DNA of 64,000 nt from assembly GCF_009914755.1 (NCBI RefSeq), contig NC_060936.1. One strand, written 5' to 3'. The notes under the pieces are model-generated. The model saw nothing but the letters and a program-made list of their open reading frames with translations, searched no databases and was not told where the DNA came from. The stretch is from the human T2T-CHM13v2.0 reference genome, Homo sapiens. Position 1 is the stretch's first letter; every line of letters begins with the position of its first letter. Made by a program: the position numbers and the translations under genes. Shown here piece by piece: positions 54,897 through 64,000 of the stretch.

Positions 54897-55835
54897 GACC
54901 AAAAAGTACATAGAAAACTCTATCACAATGTGACTTTTTCTTTGTGGAAAATAAAACAGGACAATAATTTTTAAGACTGTTAATATATACACCATTGAAT
55001 TTGCTTCCCAAGGAAATCAAAAGGAATAGAATGGCATGTTAGTGAAATAAAATACATTAGAAGAAAGTAAATAAAGAATAAATATGTTAGAATAAAGCAT
55101 AGAACAAGGCCTAATGCAATGTGTTGCAGGGAAAAATAAAAAGTGTGTTGAAAGAAAAAAACAGAAGAAATATAAGAAATTTGGCAAGTAAAAGACAAAA
55201 GAGATTATTGAAAATAACCTTCTAAGTCCTCATAGAGAGATTAAGAATTTTCTCTGAAGATAGGAACCCATGGGGCAATTGGACTGGGTTGGTTTCAAGG
55301 TGAGGCCTTGAAGAAAAAGAGGAACAATGATTGTGAGATTATAGAGCTGGGAGAGGTTTGAAATATGAGTTACGTTCTGCTGACACCTCTCCTTGAAGCT
55401 GATGTGGTGCTGTCATAGGCGTCACATGGAAGGGGCTCTCTGGTCCCTATTCATAAATCACAGAATACATCGTTAATAATATCCCCCAGAACATTTAATT
55501 AATACCTAGTACATGTCCCACTCTATGTCCTGGTCTTAAACTTCATTACTTACTACCCTATTTTTACCTCAGCTTCATACTCTGGACTTAACAGTTACAG
55601 TAAAGCTTTGGCTTTGACCATGCTCTGCTCTCCACGTTTGATCCAGTCCTTGGTACCCTCATATCATGACACACGCCCAGCTGCTCGTGGCTAGCCCCAA
55701 CCTACTTTGTTTTTGTCCTCTGAACAAGACTTACAAAAATAAGTGCAACCTATTGTGAAGCTAAATAAATGAAGCAATGTAGACGTTAGGTAGCTTACCA
55801 AAGCTACTCACCTTTGGGCCATTTCTACTTTCTCT

Positions 55836-55837
<2 letters not shown>

Positions 55838-55864
<27 letters not shown>
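55838..55864. repeat. T27 homopolymer without an adjacent Alu or L1 body
   Basis: Counted directly. Confidence 0.95.
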
Positions 55865-55866
<2 letters not shown>

Positions 55867-55897
55867 GGCTGAGGCGTGCAGAAGTGTCTCCTCTTAA

Positions 55898-56327
<430 letters not shown>

Positions 56328-58474
56328 TCATTTTAAGTCTAATATTGTCTTAACATACCTTGTGGATACATAAGTTCAAAATCTGGTCCTCCTAGCAAAA
56401 ATTAATTTTTTTTATTATTTGCAATTCCCAAATAATAACGTTAGCCTTTTTTTTTTTTTTGCATACAAGTGCTACTGGGTGAAATGTATGCTCATGCCTC
56501 CTCTTTTCTTAGGTACTACTTGCTGTTATTTATACCACTGAAAGATTTAAAGGCATTCTGACTTATTGAAGAGAACAAGTTTAGGATGTGTGAAATATGT
56601 TGCATGTTTTAAAAGCCAGAATAATGCTGGAATGAATAAACATGCTTAGTATAAACAGTTCACAAAGTACAGTATTCCTGTTTTGTTCACCAGTAGTTAA
56701 GCTCATAAAATGCACACTACATAGCCCTGGTATCTAAAACTTAAGAAAAAGATGGATAACCTGAACGGAATTGCATAGGGCTGAATGAAAATGGCTGTCC
56801 ATATTGTGAGGGCTGATAGAAATTGGCCATTTCAATTTTACTCTGCACCATATGGGCTCAGAGTTAGCAATGTCTTCTGAAGTGACATCATCTTAAATGG
56901 CTGTGTCTGTTTGGCATTCATGAAAGCATGAAGGTTCTCAATTGAGGTCTGGCCATGCTATCTTGATATACATGTTGCAGATGAGAAATGATGGCATACA
57001 GCCTCTGCCAAGGTGGAGGGAAATTGTATCTCTAAAATAATAAAGGCAAAGATGAAGGCATGTCTGAAGCACTTTTGATATATATATCCAATGTTTTAAA
57101 ATTCTGGGCAGACTGTCAAAATGTAACCCTATACATAATCCTAAAAAAGCATAAACAGACTATTTCTTTTTGTTACCATTTTCAGTTATTTTCTTCCAAC
57201 CTATAAACACTAAGAACATTTTCCGGGCTTCAATGTTTATAAAATTACATATCCTAGATGCTTTCAGTGTAAATTAACCTCTAATAGAATCCTAGAAGCC
57301 CAATTTAAGTGCTCAGAATTCTATTCTGGGTTCTAGTAATATAAAATATGAAGTTTCCAGTAAACTTAAATGATTGCTATTGTGTGTACCTGAGGTATAA
57401 AAGTCATTGCCTTTTATGCTCAGGTTTAGCTTTCATTAGTTTTAGCCCATCTGCAGAATTTTGGAAAGAATGGCATCACAGAAATGCCACTCGACTTACA
57501 AGGTTTGACCACTTGGGGGAAACGATCTGAGGCAGAATGAGAATGAATGTGGTGGGGTGGGGTGGTGCGGTGGATGAGAGACTGCCTGGAAACCAGAGAA
57601 ATGAGAATATCTGAAGGAGAAACTTTCCTGTGTGCTTTAGCAATTACTGCCAGAGCAATTGTTCCACATTTGCAGTTTATAGATGTGAGACTTCAGGAAC
57701 ATATACATGAGAAAGTGTTACTGCAAGTGACAGCTTAAGCCACATGTACCTACATTTTCACCAAGTCCATGCATTCAAAATCAAACCTGGCATGTACAAA
57801 TTAACCCAAAATTGAAGAATGACACTTTGTCCTTAAAAATTATCTGCTCAGCTACTGATGACTTGGACCCAAAATACCACATGCACTGTGTGAAGAATGG
57901 CCACTGAGCATGTTTCATTGTCAAGCTGATGACTGCATTATTCAGGTAGAAATGGAGAAGCATTTCTAAGCCCCCAACTTAATTTTCTATACTGTTAATC
58001 ATTTTCTAAACCAAATTATTTTATGACCCTAAATTCCAATCCTAAAAGTAATATATAAATCCAATCCTAAACGTTACAGTGCAGTATTGGAGGTAGATCT
58101 CAGGATATATATTATCCCAGCCTACTCACCCTGCATTTTTTGACTTCTCTGTGTCTCAGTGCTTTTAACACTGAACCCGTTGATAGTGTCCAAATCGAGC
58201 TGTCAATGGTGAAGCTGGGAGAGGAGAGTTATTCAAGATCTAGAGAAGTATTAAGGATCAATAATGAAATGACAAGATTGTGAGGAAGGCAGACAGTGGC
58301 AAACTGTCAGCATTTTTATCTTCAGCTGTGTTAGGGTGATGCAGAGTCCAGATGGGGATGAATGGAAGCCAATAAATCAACAGGCATAAATGGTCAAAAT
58401 ACTACAGAATATTTACTTATTTATGCTGCAAAGCTCACTATTTTTAGACTTCATCCACTTGGCCACTCACTAAC

Positions 58475-58700
58475 ATTCATGCAGTTGACTGATCTTTTTC
58501 AGAACCACAAGCATTCTAGATGATACTTTGCATACCTTATTTTATTAAATATTCCTAAGAAGACTATGTTAGCTTCTATTTTATCCCCACTTTTCATGTT
58601 AAAGAGACTGAAGCTCAGAGAGGTAAAGCAACTCACCCTGCATTACACATTCAGGTCTGTGGGACCCTAGAATCCTAGACATTGACCAATGTACTTGGTT
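58475..58700 (-). mobile_element. MIR
   Basis: gagactgaagctcagagaggtaaagcaactcaccc. Confidence 0.75.
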
Positions 58701-59009
58701 GTGTCTTTTGTGTCATATTGGAAAGGAAGTGAAGACCGTAAAGGGGATATATATGGATGATGACAGGGATTAGTAGAGTGGATGTCTCTAGGCAACATAA
58801 GATCATTTTAAAGGAATAGTTAAGCAAGCAATCTAGAAGCACAGAAGCTTGAGGTCGGGTGGGAAGTATTAACAGATGACAAAAGAAAAGACCAGGTGCA
58901 GAGATAAAAGGAGAACATTGAGAACTGAAAGAACAAGAACTGAAAGAACATCAAGAACTGAAAGAGCAAGTTATTTGGTGCTTAATTCAGATGAATGGTG
59001 ACATCACCT

Positions 59010-59730
59010 AGATGGTGTTCTCAAAATGCACGTATAAGATGAGCCATTGGAGTGTGAAGGAAATGTTAGAATGTTAATCTAATACTAGTTATATAATATT
59101 AGTTATGAACAATAAATATTTTATTACTATTAAACATATAAATTGATCCTAGTGGTGGTGTCAGCTGCTACTGTTTCTCCTCTTCTGATTTTTCTCTTCC
59201 TACTTCTTCTAATTCCTATTTCTGTTACTCTCCTTTTTCCTCCTCTTCTTCCTTCTCCTCTTTCTCCCTATTCTTCCCCTTTTCTTGGACCTACATGAAG
59301 CAGTCATGTATAATGTACATTTCCCAATATATCCTGAATGATAAGCAGAAATTTTACAGCATGGAAGGGTTGACAGTGTATTGTGGTTTACCTGAGCCTA
59401 ATGCAGTGAATTTATAAATTACAATATCTGGTTTTAACTATAGTAACCCTTTTCCAAATTGAAAAGTGGTTCTAAAAGGTTACTGAAAAAAACTATGGAT
59501 TCACAAAAATTAACAATGCAAGAGTGAGCAAAGAAGACAATGGCAGAGCTGCTGTAATTTCTGCTTCTACCACAAGTGCTTGGTCGGCCACATTAGAAAG
59601 TAAAATATGGATGATTAATCCCACCAACATATTCATACCACAATTCTCTTACTGAGAACACTAATGTTTTTGTACATTAAAAAATAAAATAATATGAATT
59701 TATGTCATTTTATTTCTTCTTGAGATTTAG
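59010..59730 (+). mobile_element. Possible hAT-Charlie fragment with an inserted pyrimidine tract (59165-59290)
   Basis: ggtgttctcaaa terminus-like sequence; ttgaaaagtggttctaaaagg resembles a Charlie transposase start. Confidence 0.35.
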
Positions 59731-60094
59731 ATTCACCTGTGGCCTTGGAGAGAGGCCTAATAGATGTGGGATGGGATGGAGCATTCTGCATTGGGATGGT
59801 CCCATGGGCAGTGGCAGCCGTGGAGGCAGATTTCAGGAATCAGCATCCTTGGTCCAGTAAGTGGAATAGGTGGTCGAGGTAGCCAGTTAGCAACAAGCAA
59901 GCACATATAACATTTGTCACAGGGGGCAGGCTGAGGTGGTAGGCAGTGGTCCTGAGCATCATGGATGTGCTGGTCTGTGCTTCACACTTCACAGTGAGTC
60001 AGCAGTGGATTGTGTGAGAAGTTTGGATTTCCATTTTCCTTTAGGCAGAGAAAATTTGTTTCCCCCTATCCATGGCTTTTAGATGGTAGAAAAG

Positions 60095-60790
60095 TATACT
60101 GGTTTAAATTATTATCTTCTCCCTCCCTTCTAAAGAGATATTCAAGTCCTAACCCCCAGTACATGTAAATGTAACAGACACTTATTTGGAAATAAGGTCT
60201 TTAAAAATGTATATCAAGTTACAATGAGGTCAGAGTGGATTAGGGTAATCCCTAATCAAATGACTGATTTTCTTTTAAGAAAAGGAAAATTTGGACACGG
60301 AGACAGACATGTAGGGGAGAATACCATGCGAAAATGGAGGTAGATATTGGAGTGATGCATCTACAAGCCAAGAAATGTCAAAGATTGCTTGCACCCATCA
60401 GAAGCTAGCAGAGAGGCATGGAACAGATTCCCTCTCAGAACCTCCAGAAGTAACCAACACTCCTGACATCTGGATTTAGGATTCTAGCAGCCTCTGTACT
60501 GTGAGAGAATAAGTTTGTTTATTTTATTTTATTTTAAGTTCCAGGATACATGTGCAGGATGTGCAGTTGTTACATAGGTAAACCTGTGCCACGATGGTTT
60601 GCTGCACCTATCAACCCATCACCTAGGTATTAAGCCCTGCATGCATTAGCTGTTTATCCTGATGCTGTCCCTCCCCACCTCTCCACAGGCCCCAGTGTGT
60701 GCTGTTCCCCTCCCTGTGTCCGTAGTTTCCATCGTTTTAAGCCATTCAGTTTGTGGTAATTTGTTTTGGCAGTCCTAGGAAAGTAATATA
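60095..60790 (+). mobile_element. MLT1C LTR interrupted by L1PA8
   Basis: aagtcctaacccccagtac; ttatttggaaataaggtcttt; gcagtcctaggaaagtaatata. Confidence 0.88.
60517..60723 (-). mobile_element. L1PA8-like 3' end
   Basis: ttaagttccaggatacatgtgcaggatgtgcag; cccatcacctaggtattaagccc. Confidence 0.9.
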
Positions 60791-61114
60791 GAAAGGTAGA
60801 GATTAGCTCTCTATTTTAGGAGGAAGTTAATTGATTTGCCCATTAAACATCACTATTAAAGGGCAGATTCAAGGCTAGCTATATGAACTTGGATGTGTTA
60901 CTACTATACTTGGATTTTAATTTCATCTAGAAAAGGAATGGGCTAGAACCTTGGGGCAATTTCAAATTTCCATACATTTCTTCAAGTCAAAAATTGTGTA
61001 CTTAAATGTGCTCCTCTTTCTCTTCTTTCCTCCTAATAATAAAACAATGAGTTATTATATGCTACTTTGTTTTGAGCAGGAGTTAAAACATAACTAGATC
61101 CATACATTTTAGAC

Positions 61115-61290
61115 CAGGGGTGCTCAAACCTTAGCATGCATCCGAGTTACCTGTAGGCCTTCATAAACACAGAGTACTGGTTCCCACCCTCCAGAGTTCC
61201 TATTTAATAGGTCTGGGAAATTGCATTTATAACAAGTTTTCAAGTGATGTTGATGATGCTGGTCTGAATGCCACATTTTGAGAAACACTG
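61115..61290. mobile_element. MER5A
   Basis: caggggtgctcaaacc...cacattttgagaaacactg; tag-containing hAT target flanks. Confidence 0.85.
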
Positions 61291-61399
61291 CTCTAGTATC
61301 ATGTTTTCTAAGCATCTTTCTGATTTTAACCAGGGTCATTGTGATGTTCTTGTATGATAGTGAAGTGAACTAGTAGCAAGGCAGGTTTGAGCTGCATAT

Positions 61400-61985
61400 A
61401 CGTTGGTAGAGTTGGTGGGAGAAGATGATGGCATTATCTTCTGATTGTTTCTATTTGGTAGTAGAATAGGGAGCCATCAGATGAGAGTGAGGAGGGCAGG
61501 AAGAAGTACGGGATGTTTGAAAGTAGAGGACTGGCTGTGAAACTGTCAACATGAAGAGGGGGAGAATCGACCGATGAGAAAATGTGGTAAGTTTTCTGGG
61601 CAGTTCCAAAGGCTCACAGTTAGTGGTTTAAAGTGAGACTGGTTAGCAGTGTGGCTGGTTTTTATCAATCATGGGAGCTGCTTATGTGCAGTCATGAAGT
61701 GTGCAGAGATTTAATCTAACTAGAGTTGGGCTTTTGTCAGGCAAATGCAATGAAGTATGATGCCAAAAGAGTTGAGGATATACATAAAGAAATGACAATG
61801 GTGATAGACCATGGGCTAAGGTGGGAAGGAAGGGAAGTGAGGTCTGGGTGGACAGTGAAAAGGTGACCAAGTTAATGGACTAGATTCAAAGTTGGGATGA
61901 ACAGTTGTTGAAATTGGGGTACTGGAAATATAGGAGTCAATGGTTAGATGCTTAGATTGTGATTTTTGTAGATAAGAGAATAATG
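61400..61985 (-). mobile_element. L2 internal fragment
   Basis: ttatcttctgattgtttctattt; ccatcagatgagagtgagg; aaagtgagactggttagc. Confidence 0.6.
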
Positions 61986-62052
61986 TCAGTAAATAAATCA
62001 CTTAGTTGCCTATAATAGCAAACCTAATTAAGGCTGTCTTTATAGTTAAGTC

Positions 62053-62365
62053 TTGTTATTTATTTATTTTTTATTTATTTTTGAGACGGAGTTTCGCTCT
62101 GTCACCTAGGCTGGAGTGCAATGGTGTGATCTTGGCTCATTGCAAGCTCCGCCTCCTGGATTCATGCCATTCTCCTGCCTCAGCCTCCTGAGTAGCTGGG
62201 ACTACAGGTGCCCGCTACCACACCCGGCTAATTTTTTTTTTTTTTTTAGTGGAGACAGGGTTTCGCCGTGTTAGTCAGGATGGTCTTGATTTCCTGACCT
62301 CATGATCCCCCCGCCTCGGCCTTCCAAAGTGCTGGGATTACAGGCGTGAGCCACTGTACCCAGCC
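62053..62365 (-). mobile_element. AluY
   Basis: gcaagctccgcc; ttcatgccattc; ccgtgttagtcaggatgg; short TSD aagtctt. Confidence 0.95.
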
Positions 62366-62798
62366 AAGTCTTCAATTTTGATACTTATCAAGAAGCCTCC
62401 AGGTAGACAATCCAAGACAGTTACTTACTGTTGCCATCAATAACTCAGTTTTCCCTCCCTGGCTCCCTCTTTTTATATAGTGATGGATGCAGTTTGTTTA
62501 CATATTTATTTTATTTTATTTATTTTTAGGACTTTGGGATCTATGTTCATAAGAGTGATTGAACTACATATTTTTTCTTTTCCTGTAATATCCTTCTAAT
62601 GCTTTGATTAGTGATATACTAACCTCATCAAAGAAGCTGTGCCGTTTAGTTTTTGTTTTCCCCTATTCTCTGGAAGGGATTGTATAAGATTAATGTATTT
62701 TTTTTTCCCCTGAGTGGCTGGAAAATTCCCCTGGTAGAGTCATTTGGGTCTGGAGTTTTCTTGGTGTAATGTTTCTGAAAGATTCAAATTTATCAATG

Positions 62799-64000
62799 CA
62801 TTTGACTCTTGAACAATGTGGGGGTTAGGGACACCAACCCCCATGTGGTCAAATAACTATGTATGACTTCTGAGTCTCCCAAAACCTAACTATTAATCAC
62901 CTACTGGTAACTGGAAGCCTTACTGATAACATAAATAGTTGATTAACACATGTTTTATATGTTATATGTATTATATACTGTATTCTTACAATAAAGTAGC
63001 TAGAGAAAATAAAATGTTATTAAGAAAATCATAAGGAAGAGAAAATGTATCTACTATTGAGTGGAAATGGATCATTATAAAGGTCATTTTCATCTCTTCA
63101 GATTGAGTAAGCTGAGGAGGAGGTGGAAGAGTTGGCCTTGTTGTCTCAAAGGTGGCAGAGGTGGAAAGAGAGGTAGGAGAGGCAGGCACATTAGGTGTAA
63201 CTTTACAGAAGTACAGTAATTTCTGTCTGACTTTGCACTTTCTTTCTCCTAAAATGTTTCTATATGGTACCAATACTTCATCCACCATTTGCTTTAGTTT
63301 CTGTGCCTATATCACGGAAGGGTCCATGTAGTGAAAGAAGTCAACGGCAGTCTTGAATAATTGGAACCCTTCTGCCAAATTGTCTGATGTCCATTTGTTT
63401 TCTGGCATCACTTCTTCTATGACTTCTTCCCCACCATCTGGTACGGTTGAGAAGCATTCATCTCCATAATGTTGTCTTCTGTTAACTGCTTGCATGTGGT
63501 GTCTATTAGCTCTTGAATTTCTCTAAAACCCGTATCTTGAAATCCTTCCATCCATACCTGCTTTCCATATTCACAATCTCTTTAATGATTTATTTGATTG
63601 GTTCTGTCATAAATCCTGTGAAGTCACGCACAACCCCTCAACAAAGTTTTCTCCAACAGAAATGTATTGTTTCAGGCTTGATGGCTTTCATGGCCTTTTC
63701 TAAAACAACGATGGCATCTTCAATTGTGTAATTCTTCCAGACTTTCATGATGTTTTCTCTATCAAGGTTCTCACCCATGGTGTTAAAATTTTTTCCATAG
63801 AGTGCCATGGGCAATGAGCCTTAAAGATCCTGTAACCCCATGGTCTAGAGGCTGAATCAGAGACATTGTGTTTGGAGGTACATAGACCACTTTGGTGCCT
63901 TTGGTGTTAAACTCATGGAGTTCTGAGTGGCCAGGGGCATTGTCTAATGTCAAAAGAACTTTAAAAAGCAGTCTCTTACTCTCAAGGTACATCCTGACTT
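62799..64000 (-). mobile_element. Tigger2 (TcMar) with decayed DDE transposase, running off the window end
   Basis: Terminal inverted repeat catttgactcttgaacaa; LDNAPGH and PPNTMSLIQPLDHG motifs in minus-strand ORF 63783-63992. Confidence 0.9.

Noticed and set aside
63307-63992. Domesticated transposase (TIGD-like) gene
   Set aside because: The reading frame is broken into short fragments with frameshifts; it is an ordinary decayed Tigger2.

Overview
This is primate genomic DNA, most likely human or another great ape (AluY, LTR12/ERV9 and L1PA3/4-type elements are present). It is AT-rich and looks intergenic or deep-intronic. I found no protein-coding exon, tRNA, rRNA or CRISPR array that I can support. 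The long ORFs come from a stop-free VNTR or from LTR, Alu, L1, ERV9-env and Tigger remnants. Roughly half the window is interspersed repeats (L1, L2, MIR, Alu, MaLR, ERV1/ERVL LTRs, hAT and Tigger DNA transposons). The notable content is structural. (1) A 358-bp, ~97%-identical inverted copy of DNA from 1.3 kb upstream sits inside an old L1, with a 17-bp slip duplication at the junction. (2) An ERV9 provirus has one complete LTR12C, and its LTR-less internal end abuts an intact 4-bp target-site duplication (TSD). (3) A once full-length L1PB, still bounded by its TSD, has collapsed through two deletions and is fused to a U5-truncated LTR12. (4) A 37-bp VNTR shows higher-order periodicity. (5) One Alu has no TSD and looks like an AluY/AluS chimera. 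(6) Several exon-like units have good splice signals, including a 21-nt microexon candidate. I do not see evidence for a new gene system. Repeat subfamily names come from my recollection of consensus sequences and need confirmation with RepeatMasker/Dfam.
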